64,000 nucleotides of DNA from an uncultured Candidatus Rokubacteria bacterium (GCA_963826115.1 CAWGVS010000005.1:1536001-1600000); one strand, 5' to 3'; counted from the stretch's first letter, positions 51,311 through 60,882 are shown. Program-made: numbers and translations. The notes: generated by a model from the letters alone, not told the origin.

Positions 51311-51946
51311 ATGCGACGGCTCGTGGCCCCGCTCCTCATCGCCGCCCTGGCTCTCTGGGCCGGAGTCCCCGCCCACGCCGGCCCACCGACGGACCAGCTC
51401 AAGGGCGGGATCGACCGGGTGCTGGTCATCCTGCAGGATCCCGCCATGAAGCAGCCCGGGAAGGCCGAGGAGCGGCGGCAGAAGATCCGCGCGATCGCCA
51501 ACGAGGTCTTCGACTGGCAGGAGATAGGCAAGCGCGCGCTCGCCCGGCACTGGCAGGCGCGGTCGCCCCAGGAGCGTGAGGAGTTCTCCAAGCTCTTCGC
51601 CGACCTGCTCGAGCGCTCGTACGTCGGCAAGATCGAGGCCTACAGCGGCGAGAAGATCATGTACGGCGAGGAGACCGTCGACGGGGACCAGGCCAACGTG
51701 CGGACGAAGCTCTTGACGAAGAGCGGCACCCAGATCCCGATCGAATACCAGATGCAGAAGGCGGACGAGCGCTGGCGCGTCTACGACGTGAAGATCGAGA
51801 ACGTCGGCCTGGTCGCCAACTACCGGTCCCAGTTCAACCGGATCATCCAGCAGTCGGGCTACAACGACCTGATCCAGCGACTGAAGACCAAGCAGGAAGA
51901 GCTCCAGTTCGACGATCAGGCCGCCACGAAGGGGAAGAAACCGTGA
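51311..51946 (+). CDS. mlaC: MlaC/HpnM-family periplasmic lipid shuttle
   Basis: FDWQEIGKRALARHW, LLERSY, WRVYDVKIENVGLVANYRSQF. Confidence 0.9.
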   Translation: MRRLVAPLLIAALALWAGVPAHAGPPTDQLKGGIDRVLVILQDPAMKQPGKAEERRQKIRAIANEVFDWQEIGKRALARHWQARSPQEREEFSKLFADLLERSYVGKIEAYSGEKIMYGEETVDGDQANVRTKLLTKSGTQIPIEYQMQKADERWRVYDVKIENVGLVANYRSQFNRIIQQSGYNDLIQRLKTKQEELQFDDQAATKGKKP

Positions 51947-52695
51947 CCGGGCTCGTCCTCGCCGCCGGGCTGGGGAAGCGCCTCGCTCCCCTCACCGACG
52001 AGCGGCCCAAGGGGCTGATCGAGCTCGGCGGGCGGAGCCTCCTGGCGCGTCTCCTCGACGGCCTCCGGGCCGCCGGGGTGAACGAGACGGTCCTGGTCGT
52101 CGGCTACCGGCAGGAGATGATCCGGACCGCGCTCGGGACGTCCCACCAGGGCATGCCGCTCCGCTACGTCGTGAACCGGGATTTCGAGAAGGGCCCGCGG
52201 CTGTCGCTCTGGGCGGGCCGCGCGGAGTTCATCCGGGACGACGTGGTCCTCGCGGACGGTGACGTCCTGTTCGCGCCGCCGCTCCTCGAGCGGGTGGTGC
52301 GGGCGAAGGACGAGAGCGTGTTCCTGGGCGAGCCCGACTTCGTCGACACGGGCGAGGAGATCAACCTCTACCAGGCCGGCTCACGCGTCGTCGCGATCCG
52401 GCGGGGCGTCAGCGGCCCGCCGCCGGTGCCCTACGAGGCGCGGTCGGAGTGGGTGGGCTTCGCGAAGGTGGGCCGCGCCGCGGGGCGCGATCTCGCGGCC
52501 GGGCTCGACACCATGATTCGCGAAGGCCGGGTCGACGGCGACTACGAGGTCGCCCTCGACGGCCTCCTCGACCGGCACGCGTTCGCGGTGAGCCCGACGG
52601 CCGGCCTCCCGTGGGTCGAGATCGACTTTCCGCAGGACCTCCACGCGGCGGAGACCGAGATCCTGCCGCGGATCGACCGGCCCGGCCGGAGCTAG
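51943..52695 (+). CDS. Phosphocholine/phosphonate cytidylyltransferase-like nucleotidyltransferase (LicC/PntC-like)
   Basis: LAAGLGKRL, PKGL, DGDVLF, EWVGF, WVEIDFPQDL; GTGA-coupled to mlaC. Confidence 0.75.
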   Translation: MTGLVLAAGLGKRLAPLTDERPKGLIELGGRSLLARLLDGLRAAGVNETVLVVGYRQEMIRTALGTSHQGMPLRYVVNRDFEKGPRLSLWAGRAEFIRDDVVLADGDVLFAPPLLERVVRAKDESVFLGEPDFVDTGEEINLYQAGSRVVAIRRGVSGPPPVPYEARSEWVGFAKVGRAAGRDLAAGLDTMIREGRVDGDYEVALDGLLDRHAFAVSPTAGLPWVEIDFPQDLHAAETEILPRIDRPGRS

Positions 52696-53201
52696 CCGGC
52701 CCGTCCCCGCGCCGCGCCCGCCGCCCGGCCGAGGCTCTCGGCGACGTCGTCGGCGAGGCGCCCGATCCTCCGGAGCCCCTCGTCGTCGTAGTGTCGGCCG
52801 GGGCCGTCCAGGAAGCCGAGCGCCCCCCGCGTCACGCCGTCGAGCCGGACCGGCGCCGCCGCCACGACCCGCAGCCCCTCGGCCTCGAGCCGCTCGCGAA
52901 GCCAGGGGGCGATCGGGACGCGCGGGTCGGCCAGGAGGTCCGGCGTCCAGACCGGACGGCCCTCCCGCACCGCGCGGCCCGCCATCCCGAGGCCGGCGGC
53001 CAGGGTCTGTCCGATCCACCGGTCCACCTCGCCCGCGCCCGCCGTGGCGACGCAGGTGAGCCGGGCGCTCCCGTCGTCGAGCCAGAAGAGCGCGGTGCGC
53101 CGCACCCCGATCGCCGTTCGGACCGCGTCGAGGACCGCGGCCGCGGCGGCGGACACGGGGCCAGAGTCGAAGGCCGACAGGGAGAGCGCGGGCCCGCTCA
53201 C
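52692..53201 (-). CDS. Stand-alone GAF domain protein
   Basis: GMAGRAVREGRPVWTPDLLADPR, AAPVRLDGVTRGAL; GTGA overlap with Rid gene. Confidence 0.75.
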   Translation of the reverse strand: MSGPALSLSAFDSGPVSAAAAAVLDAVRTAIGVRRTALFWLDDGSARLTCVATAGAGEVDRWIGQTLAAGLGMAGRAVREGRPVWTPDLLADPRVPIAPWLRERLEAEGLRVVAAAPVRLDGVTRGALGFLDGPGRHYDDEGLRRIGRLADDVAESLGRAAGAARGRAG

Positions 53202-53584
53202 TCGACGGCGATCGCGTCGATCTCGACCAGCATGTCCGGGTGGATCATCGTGCCGCACTCGACCCACGTGCACGCGGGCCGGACCTCGCCGAACGCCTCG
53301 CGGTGCGCGCGGGCGACATCCTCCCACTGGGACATGTCGGCGAGGTACACACCGGTCTTCACGACGTGGCCGAGGTCGAGCCCGAGCTGGGCGAGCGCCT
53401 CCGACATCGTGCGGATCGCCTGCGCGGCCTGAACGTACGCGTCGCCCTTGCCCACGACCACCCCGCCCGGGCCCGCGGCCGTGCAGCCCGACACCCACGC
53501 CATGTCGCCGACCCGGACGGCCCGCGAGTAGCCGACCAGCGGCTCCCACCGCCCGCCGGAGGAGACCCGCTGGCGCGGCCGCAT
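53198..53584 (-). CDS. Rid (YjgF/YER057c/UK114) family protein
   Basis: WEPLVGYSRAVRVG, VSGCT, RPACT, LVEIDA. Confidence 0.85.
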   Translation of the reverse strand: MRPRQRVSSGGRWEPLVGYSRAVRVGDMAWVSGCTAAGPGGVVVGKGDAYVQAAQAIRTMSEALAQLGLDLGHVVKTGVYLADMSQWEDVARAHREAFGEVRPACTWVECGTMIHPDMLVEIDAIAVE

Positions 53585-54615
53585 CACGGCGCGCCGTTCC
53601 GGGCGCCCCGCTGGAAGTGCGGCATCACGCGGTCGGCGAAGAGCCGCATCGAGCGCGTGATCTGCTCGTGGGTCAGGTACCCGGCGAACTGCGTGACGTT
53701 CAGGAAGTCCGTGACCTCGAAGTAGTCGATCAGCTCGCGGAGCCGCTTGACCGCATCCTCCGGTGACCCCGAGAGGCGCGCCAGCGTGGGAATCCGGTCG
53801 TAGAGGGAGTGCTGCGTCTTCTCGGCGTCGACGGTGAGGCTGTCGAGGAAGCCGAAGTACTTCTCCATGCCGCGCTCGAACGTCTCGTTCGCCTCCGCAG
53901 CGCTCTCCGCCAGATAGCAGAACATCGTGAGCCCGACCCGCATCCGCGCCGGGTCGTGGCCGTGCTCCCGGTACACCCGGCGGTACGTGTCGATCTGGGC
54001 CCGGAGGGCCTCCGGCTTCTGGTTCGCGGGGAACGTCAGGATCGGCCAGCCGAGGGCCCCGTACCGGGCGAACGACGCCTCGCTGATCGAGGCCCCCCAG
54101 CACGGGATCGGGTTCTGCACCGGCTTCGGCCAGATGCTGGCGCGGCGGCCCCGGTAGAGCGGGGTCTCGTAATCGAGCCCGTCCAGCTGGCCGAGCGCCT
54201 CGCGGACGACGGCAAGCGACTGGTCGAAGCGCGCCTGGCTCTCCTCGAGCTTCACCCCGAACCCCATGAACTCGTGGGGCTGGTAGCCGCGCCCCAGGCC
54301 CAGCTCGAGCCGCCCGTTGCTCAGGCAGTCGACCATCGCCGCCTGCTCGACGACCCGGATCGGGTGGTGCTGGAACGGGAGCACGACGACGCCTGCCCCC
54401 AGGCGGATGCGGCGCGTCTCACGGGCCGCCGCCGCGGCCATCATGAGGCAGTCCGGCACCAGGGCGTACCCCGCGAAGTGATGCTCGGCGAACCAGCAAG
54501 CCCAGTAGCCGAGCTGGTCCATGAGACGCACCTCGGCGAGCTGCTGCTCGTAGCGCTCCTGGCTCGACTGCCCGTCCCGCCGGTCGCACAGCACGAGATG
54601 CGAGAAGTACGTCAC
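53584..54615 (-). CDS. Luciferase-like (LLM) flavin-dependent oxidoreductase
   Basis: WFAEHHF, IRLGAG, HPIRVVEQ, GRLELGLGRG, PKPVQ. Confidence 0.9.
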   Translation of the reverse strand: MTYFSHLVLCDRRDGQSSQERYEQQLAEVRLMDQLGYWACWFAEHHFAGYALVPDCLMMAAAAARETRRIRLGAGVVVLPFQHHPIRVVEQAAMVDCLSNGRLELGLGRGYQPHEFMGFGVKLEESQARFDQSLAVVREALGQLDGLDYETPLYRGRRASIWPKPVQNPIPCWGASISEASFARYGALGWPILTFPANQKPEALRAQIDTYRRVYREHGHDPARMRVGLTMFCYLAESAAEANETFERGMEKYFGFLDSLTVDAEKTQHSLYDRIPTLARLSGSPEDAVKRLRELIDYFEVTDFLNVTQFAGYLTHEQITRSMRLFADRVMPHFQRGARNGAP

Positions 54616-54643
54616 GCGAGCTCCTCCGTGTTCGAGTGCCGTG

Positions 54644-54673
54644 ACTGTATCGACGGCCGTTCGCCGCTGTCAA
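54644..54673 (-). promoter_or_regulatory. Sigma70-type promoter for LLM-Rid-GAF operon
   Basis: Minus strand TTGACA-18 bp-TACAGT. Confidence 0.6.
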
Positions 54674-54697
54674 GCGAGGCGCCGCCCGGCGCCCCGA

Positions 54698-54726
54698 TTG
54701 ACGCGCCTGGCGCGGCGGGCTAGCGT
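54698..54726 (+). promoter_or_regulatory. Sigma70-type promoter for the second LLM
   Basis: TTGACG-17 bp-TAGCGT. Confidence 0.55.
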
Positions 54727-54782
54727 TTCGTGGTGAACCGCGAACGAGACCGCCACTCCGGATGTTGCCGGTCGCCGCGCCC

Positions 54783-55841
54783 GTGAAGTTCGGATTGATC
54801 GCGCAGATGCAGGCGCCGAAGCCGTGGCGCGCGGGCGAGAACGTCGACCACCGCATCCACTGGGACACGCTGGCCGAGGCAGTCCTCGCCGACGAGGTCG
54901 GCTTCGACTACTACTGGGCGACCGAGCACCATTTCTACGAGGAGATCGCCCACAGCTCCGCCCCCGAGGTCTTCCTGGCGGCGCTGGCCGCGCGCACGGG
55001 TCGGATCCGGCTGGGTCACGGGGTGGTCGTGCTCCCGTGCAACCACCCGGTGCGGGTGGCCGAGCGCGCCGCGACGCTCGACATCCTGTCGAACGGCCGC
55101 CTCGACCTCGGCACGGGGCGGGGCGCGTCCTGGTACCACACCGAGGCGTTCGGAGTCTCGATCGACGAGTCGCGGGAGGTCTGGGACGAGGCGCTCCGCG
55201 TGATCCTGGGGCTCATGGTCCACGACACCTTCCCGGGGCACAAGGGCCGGCACTTCGAGGTCCCCGAGCGGAAGCTCGTCCCCAAGCCGCTCCAGAAGCC
55301 CCACCCTCCGCTCTGGGTCGCGGCCACGAGCCGGGCGACCTTCGCCAGCGCCGCCCGCGCGGGCCTGGGCGTCCTCGGGTTCACCGCCGTCCCGCCCGAG
55401 GAGCTCGCGCCGGCGGTGGCGGCGTACCGCGAGGCCCAGGCCGGGGCCGACCCCTCGGGCTTCTACGGCGTCGCGCCGAACTTCCAGGTGGCGGCGTTCA
55501 TGACCGCGCACTGCGACGCGGACGACCGCCGCGGGCGCGCGATCGCCGGCGCCGCGGCGCGCTGGTACCTCGGGGACAACGACGCGCCGTTGAACCGCGT
55601 GCGGTTCGGGCCCGACTTCGACCGGAGCCGGTTCGCCAAGTACACCGACGACGCGCTCGTCCGCGACCGCATGGTGGTCGGCGGCGATCCCGACACGTGC
55701 TCGCGCGTGGTCGAGGCGTGGGCGAAGGTCGGCGTCGACCAGCTCATCCTGATGATCCAGGCCGGCGAGACGTCGCACGACGACGTCATGCGCGCGATCG
55801 AGCTCCTGGGCACGAAGGTGCTGCCCCGCTTCCAGGACTGA
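54783..55841 (+). CDS. Luciferase-like (LLM) flavin-dependent oxidoreductase
   Basis: WATEHHF, HSSAPEVFL, HPVRVAERAATLD, GRLDLGTGR, PKPLQKPHPP (alt start 54762). Confidence 0.9.
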   Translation: MKFGLIAQMQAPKPWRAGENVDHRIHWDTLAEAVLADEVGFDYYWATEHHFYEEIAHSSAPEVFLAALAARTGRIRLGHGVVVLPCNHPVRVAERAATLDILSNGRLDLGTGRGASWYHTEAFGVSIDESREVWDEALRVILGLMVHDTFPGHKGRHFEVPERKLVPKPLQKPHPPLWVAATSRATFASAARAGLGVLGFTAVPPEELAPAVAAYREAQAGADPSGFYGVAPNFQVAAFMTAHCDADDRRGRAIAGAAARWYLGDNDAPLNRVRFGPDFDRSRFAKYTDDALVRDRMVVGGDPDTCSRVVEAWAKVGVDQLILMIQAGETSHDDVMRAIELLGTKVLPRFQD

Positions 55842-55858
55842 CGCCGGCGCGCCGGGGC

Positions 55859-56407
55859 TCAGCCGCTGGTTCGGCTCCGGAACCGGTAGAGGGCGACCAG
55901 CGTGCCCGCGTCGAGAATGTCCCCCGCGTCCGCCATGCGGTAGGCCTCGCCCACCGGCACCGGCACGACCTCGATCTGCTCGTCGGCGTCGAGCCCGCGC
56001 GGGGCCGGGCGAAGCTCCCGCGCCACGAACAGGAAGATGCGCTCGTCGGTGAGCCCGGGGTCGGCCAGGGCCTCCCCCAGCGGCTCGAGCCGGCCGGCCT
56101 CGTAGCCCGCCTCCTCGATCAGCTCCCGCCGGGCGCACGCCTCGGGCGACTCGCCGGCCTCGATGGTCCCCGCCGGCAGCTCCCAGATCTCGGCGCCCAC
56201 GATGGGCCGGTACTGCCGGATCAGCGCCACGCGGCCGTCGTCGAGGATGGGGACGATGTAGGCGACGGACGGCGTCCGCACCGCGTCGAGCCACACCCGT
56301 CGGCCGTCGGGCAGCGCGTGGCGCTCCCGCCGGACGCGGAGCCGGCTCCCGCGGTACTCGGGGGGATCGCCCGGGTCGTCTACCCCGCGTGCGGCGCCTT
56401 GATCCAT
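55859..56407 (-). CDS. NUDIX hydrolase (ADP-ribose pyrophosphatase-like); start uncertain
   Basis: RQYRP, ELPAGTIEAGESPEACARRELIEEAGY NUDIX box. Confidence 0.85.
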   Translation of the reverse strand: MDQGAARGVDDPGDPPEYRGSRLRVRRERHALPDGRRVWLDAVRTPSVAYIVPILDDGRVALIRQYRPIVGAEIWELPAGTIEAGESPEACARRELIEEAGYEAGRLEPLGEALADPGLTDERIFLFVARELRPAPRGLDADEQIEVVPVPVGEAYRMADAGDILDAGTLVALYRFRSRTSG

Positions 56408-57195
56408 TGGATGATCGCGTCGACCACCTCGCGCTCGATGCCGAAGTAGCCGTGCTGCGCCTGGGCCTCGCACGGATCGGACTTCGGCGGATTGCCGCCC
56501 TCGAACGTGAGGATCTCCTTCGGGCTGGCCTGCCCCAGCGCCTTGTAGATGACGGTCGCCTCCGAAGGCGAGGAGAACTTGCAGGCGTCGTCCTTGTGCC
56601 GGACGATCAGTGTCGGGATCCGGATGTCCCCGAGCTTGGCCGTCTTCACCGTCTCTCCGGTGGTCCGGGAAGTCTGCACGACGCTGGAAGTCAGCACGAG
56701 CCCGTCCGGGCCACCCGGGCCTTCCGCGAGACGCCCCGCCACCCCGGCGGCCGAGACGGACCCCATGCTCGTCCCCACGAGCCACACGGGAACGGGCGCC
56801 ATCTCGCGAAGCGCGCCGATCACCTGCTTCATGTCCTCGGCATGCTCCTTCGAGGTCCGGAAGTTCCAGTAGTCTCCGCGGTCGGACGGGGTGTCGACCA
56901 CGGCGACCAGGAAGCCGGCGTTCGCGAACCGCTCCCGCATCTTGACCAGGAAGTTGAACTTGAGCTGGCCGATGTTGTTCGGCGGTGAGAGCGCCAGGTG
57001 GCCGTCGCCGCCGGCGAAGAGGATCAGGCTCGCGGTCGGCGTCTTGGGCGAGCGCACGAGCAGGAATCCCTGCGTGACGCCCTTTCGCGTCGGCACGCTC
57101 CGGACTTCGTCGCTCGCGGCGCCGGCCTGGACGGCGGCGACAAGGAGCGCCAGGACCAGGCCGCGGCGAACTTGGCGGCCGGTCGGCTGTCTCAT
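56380..57195 (-). CDS. Exported alpha/beta hydrolase
   Basis: Signal peptide; FAGGDG, GTSMG nucleophile elbow, HKDDAC, HGYFG. Confidence 0.8.
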   Translation of the reverse strand: MRQPTGRQVRRGLVLALLVAAVQAGAASDEVRSVPTRKGVTQGFLLVRSPKTPTASLILFAGGDGHLALSPPNNIGQLKFNFLVKMRERFANAGFLVAVVDTPSDRGDYWNFRTSKEHAEDMKQVIGALREMAPVPVWLVGTSMGSVSAAGVAGRLAEGPGGPDGLVLTSSVVQTSRTTGETVKTAKLGDIRIPTLIVRHKDDACKFSSPSEATVIYKALGQASPKEILTFEGGNPPKSDPCEAQAQHGYFGIEREVVDAIIQWIKAPHAG

Positions 57196-57221
57196 CTCGT
57201 CCCCTCCCCTTCTTGCCGTGA

Positions 57222-59657
57222 TCAGGTCCGCACTCGCTCGCCCCGCGGGTCCCAGAGAGGCGCCCGGCGGACCTCCGCGGCCACGAGCCGGCCGAACGAC
57301 TCCACCGAGACCCGGGTGCCCGGCCCCGTCAGGTCGATCGGCAGGTAGGCGAGCCCGACGTTCTGTCCGAGCGTGTGGCCGTACCCCCCGCTCCGCAGAC
57401 GGCCCACGACGCGGCCCTCCGAGACGACGGCCTCCCCGCCCCACAGGACGCACGACGCCCCGTCGAGGACGAGAGGCACGAGCCTCCGCTCGGGTCCGGT
57501 CGCGCGCTGGCGCAGGAGCGCCTCGCGCCCGATGAAGTCGCCCTTGTCGAGCCGGACGCAGAAGCCGAGGCTCGCCTCGAGGGGCGTGTCGCTCGGGCCG
57601 ATGTCGTCGCCCCAGTAGTAGAAGCATTTCTCGAGGCGGAGGGTGTTCAGGGCGTAGTAGCCGACCGGCTGGATCCCGAACTCCTCGCCGGCGGCCAGGA
57701 GGGCGTCCCACACCCGCCCGGCGCCGTCCGCCGGGACGACCAGCTCCCAGCCGAGCTCCCCGGCGAAGCTCACGCGGTTGGCGCGCACCCCCACCCCGGC
57801 CACGTCGACCGGCCGGGACGTGAGGTACGGGAACGCCGGCGTCGACAGATCGGCCCGGCTCACCTTGGCGAGGGTCCGCCGGGAGTCCGGGCCCCAGACG
57901 CTCACGACGGCGTGGCGGTCGGTGACGTCGGCGATCGTGACCGAGCCGTCGTCCGGCAGGTGGAGCCGGAGCCAGCCGAGGTCGCTCGCCGACGACCCGG
58001 TCCCCGTGGTCACCCGGAACGCCGCGGCGTCGAGGCGGGTGACGGTCACGTCGCACTCGATCCCGCCACGCGGGTTCAGGCACTGCGTGTAGATCAGGCT
58101 CCCCGCGGGCCGGTCCACGTCGTTCGCGCAGAGGCGCTGGAGGAACGGGACGGCGCCCGGGCCGGTCACGTCGAGCTTGCCGAAGGACGTCATGTCGAGG
58201 AGGCCCACGCGCTCGCGCACGGCTCGGTGCTCGCGCGCGACGTGCTCCCAGTAGCCCGGCCGGTCCCACGTCCGCTCGTCGATGCCCTGCCGCCGCCCTG
58301 GCCGCCCGGGGACGAAGTAGTTGGCGCGCTCCCAGCCTCCGCGTTCCCCGAACACGGCGCCGCGGGCGAGGAGCCGCTCGAGGAGCGGGCTCGTCCGGGC
58401 CGGACGGCCCCACTCCCCCTCGTCCGACGGGAACCGGGGCGCGTAGTAGTAGCGGTACACCTCCCGTGCCCGCTCCGCGGCGATGCGGCGGTCGCGCAGG
58501 TGGGGACCGAACCGGCGGACGTTCAGCTCCGAGACGTCCATCGAGGGCGCCCCCTCGAGGATCCACTCGGCCATCACCCGCCCGACGCCGCCCGCGCCCG
58601 CGATGCCGTTGATCGACATCCCGGCCGCAACCCAGAGCCCCGGGCGCCCCGGGACCGGGCCCAGCGCGTAGTGACCGTCCGGCGTGAAGCCGTCGGGCCC
58701 GTTGACGAGCTGGAGGATCTCGGCCTTCTCGACCGCGGGAAACCGCCGGATCGCGCCGGCCAGGAGCGGCTCGAACAGCTCCCACTCGGCCGGCAGGAGC
58801 TGCTGCGTGAACTCCCAGGGCACGTCGTCGAGCCGCCACGTCTTCGGATCCGGCTCGAAGCCGCCCACCAGGTAGCCGCCGACCTCCTCGCGGACGTAGA
58901 CGAGGTTCTCGGGATCGCGCACCACCGGCGTGTCCCGGGACAGCTCCTGGCCGGGAACCGGACGCGTGATCAGGTACTGGTGCATGAGCGGCACGATGGG
59001 CAGGTCGACGGCGGCCATCGCCGCGACGCGGGGCGCCCACTGGCCGGCCGCGTTGACGACGATCTCGGCGCGGATCGGGCCGGCGGTCGTCTCGACCCCC
59101 CGAATCCGGCCCTTCGGATCCACGTGGATGCCGGTGACCCGGACCCCGGTGACGATCTCCGCACCCCGCGCGGCGGCCCGGCGCGCCAGCTCGCGGGTCA
59201 TCCCGTTCGGCTCGAGGTACCCGTCGTCCGGGATGTGCACCGCGCCGTGGAGATCGGCGCTGCTCATGAGCGGACAGACGCGCAGCGCCTCGTCCGGCCC
59301 GATGATGGCCACGTCGAGCCCGAGCGCGCGGGCCCGGCTCACGCTCCTCTGGAGCCCCTTCAGCATCGCCGCGCTCGAGGCGAGCCGGAGGCTCCCCACC
59401 GGCCGCCAGCCGGCCGCCTCGCCGAGCTCGGCGGCCAGCTCCCGGTAGAGCCGGATGCTGTAACTCATCAGTTGCATGTCGGCAGGCGAGGTGCGGAACT
59501 GGGACACGAGCCCGACGGAATGGAAGGTCGTGCCGCTGGTGAGCTCGCCCTTCTCGACCAGGGCGACGTCGCGGCACCCCGCGGCCGCCAGGTGGTAGGC
59601 GATGCTGCAGCCGACGATCCCGCCGCCCACCACGACCACGGCCGCGTCGGCTCGCAT
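57222..59657 (-). CDS. Dimethylglycine/sarcosine dehydrogenase-like flavoprotein with GcvT folate-binding domain
   Basis: GGGIVG, TSGTTFHSVG (covalent-FAD His position), FTPDG, GWERANYF, DMTSFGK, GELGWEL, LRLEK. Confidence 0.92.
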   Translation of the reverse strand: MRADAAVVVVGGGIVGCSIAYHLAAAGCRDVALVEKGELTSGTTFHSVGLVSQFRTSPADMQLMSYSIRLYRELAAELGEAAGWRPVGSLRLASSAAMLKGLQRSVSRARALGLDVAIIGPDEALRVCPLMSSADLHGAVHIPDDGYLEPNGMTRELARRAAARGAEIVTGVRVTGIHVDPKGRIRGVETTAGPIRAEIVVNAAGQWAPRVAAMAAVDLPIVPLMHQYLITRPVPGQELSRDTPVVRDPENLVYVREEVGGYLVGGFEPDPKTWRLDDVPWEFTQQLLPAEWELFEPLLAGAIRRFPAVEKAEILQLVNGPDGFTPDGHYALGPVPGRPGLWVAAGMSINGIAGAGGVGRVMAEWILEGAPSMDVSELNVRRFGPHLRDRRIAAERAREVYRYYYAPRFPSDEGEWGRPARTSPLLERLLARGAVFGERGGWERANYFVPGRPGRRQGIDERTWDRPGYWEHVAREHRAVRERVGLLDMTSFGKLDVTGPGAVPFLQRLCANDVDRPAGSLIYTQCLNPRGGIECDVTVTRLDAAAFRVTTGTGSSASDLGWLRLHLPDDGSVTIADVTDRHAVVSVWGPDSRRTLAKVSRADLSTPAFPYLTSRPVDVAGVGVRANRVSFAGELGWELVVPADGAGRVWDALLAAGEEFGIQPVGYYALNTLRLEKCFYYWGDDIGPSDTPLEASLGFCVRLDKGDFIGREALLRQRATGPERRLVPLVLDGASCVLWGGEAVVSEGRVVGRLRSGGYGHTLGQNVGLAYLPIDLTGPGTRVSVESFGRLVAAEVRRAPLWDPRGERVRT

Positions 59658-59687
59658 GGCGTTCCTATCGGCTCGGGCGCGACTCCG

Positions 59688-60866
59688 TCAGGCGAGGATC
59701 TCCTCGAGGACCCGGCCGTCGACCCGCCCGGCGGCCATGTCCGTCAGCCGGCAAAGCGTGGGCATGAGGTCGATCGTCCGGCCGGCCCGCATCTCCGACC
59801 CGGGCCGTACCCCCGGGCCGGTCATCAGCATCGGGATCCGCTGCTCGTGCTTGGAGCCGTGCGACCGGAGCCCCGACTCGGTCCGGTGGGCCGGGCCGTC
59901 GTCCCACACGCCCAGCGCCACGTCGCGCGCCGCCCAGCAGATGAGGTCGCCGACCCGCTCGGGCGGGAGGTGGTCCCGGTGGGCCTCCGCGTTCGGGACA
60001 ACCTCGTCGATCCCGGGGACCCGTTCGAGGACGACCCGGGCCTCCCGGGCCATCCCGGGGTCGTCGAAGTACAGGTAGAGCGCCCCGCCGAGATCCCGGT
60101 GGTGGGCGTAGAGGCCGTCCCGGATGAGCGGCACGCCGTGGGTCGCGATGCCGTGCTCCCCGAGCACCCTGACCGGCGAGACGGAGCGGAGCTTCGCGTT
60201 CATCCCGTGGTCCGCCGTGAGGATGACCAGGGTCTCGGCCGGGTCGTAGACGTCCAGGAGGCGCCCGAGGGCCTCGTCCTTCGCCTCGAGGTACTGCTGC
60301 ATGGCGGGCTCGTCGGGCGCCAGCATGTGCTGGGGGTAGTCCGTCGTCGCGACATAGAGGAAGTCCGGGCGCTCGCGGAGCGCGACCTCCCGGGCCATCC
60401 GGAACACCCACAGGTTGATGTCGAGGGTGAAGATCTCGGGCGGGGCCCCGGCGGCCGCCCGGTGGGCCTCGGGGTGGGTCTTCATGTCCACGCACACGTC
60501 GAGCCCGCGCCGGAGGAGCTTCGTGAGCTTCTCCTTGGCGGTCACGAGGGCCGTCGACCAGCCGGCCTTCTGGAAGTGCTCGAAGACCAGCGGCTCCTGG
60601 ACGAACGAGACCTGCTCCATGAAGACGTCCGCCTTCGCCCCGCGGTCGTAGAAGAAGTTCGTCGAGAGACCGTGGCGGGCGGGGTACGTCCCCGTGAGGA
60701 GCGAGATGTGGTTCACGTTCGTCAGGCTCGGAAGGACCCCCCGGCCGTCGAGCGTCGAGCCGCCGGCCTTCATGAGCGCGGCCAGCCGGGGCATCCGGGC
60801 CGGCTGGACGTACCCCGGGTCGAACCCGTCGATGAGGAACATGAGGATCTTCCGTGGACGGCTCAT
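59688..60866 (-). CDS. phnA: Phosphonoacetate hydrolase (alkaline phosphatase superfamily)
   Basis: LIDG, PSLTNVNH, TAKEKL, TTDYPQH, TADHGMN, LRSHG match PhnA motifs. Confidence 0.8.
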   Translation of the reverse strand: MSRPRKILMFLIDGFDPGYVQPARMPRLAALMKAGGSTLDGRGVLPSLTNVNHISLLTGTYPARHGLSTNFFYDRGAKADVFMEQVSFVQEPLVFEHFQKAGWSTALVTAKEKLTKLLRRGLDVCVDMKTHPEAHRAAAGAPPEIFTLDINLWVFRMAREVALRERPDFLYVATTDYPQHMLAPDEPAMQQYLEAKDEALGRLLDVYDPAETLVILTADHGMNAKLRSVSPVRVLGEHGIATHGVPLIRDGLYAHHRDLGGALYLYFDDPGMAREARVVLERVPGIDEVVPNAEAHRDHLPPERVGDLICWAARDVALGVWDDGPAHRTESGLRSHGSKHEQRIPMLMTGPGVRPGSEMRAGRTIDLMPTLCRLTDMAAGRVDGRVLEEILA

Positions 60867-60882
60867 CGGTCGACCTCCGGGG

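Noticed and set aside
56380-59577. 1065-aa ORF ending in an alpha/beta hydrolase
   Set aside because: Off-frame overlap of the DMGDH-like gene; the hydrolase has its own RBS and ATG at 57195
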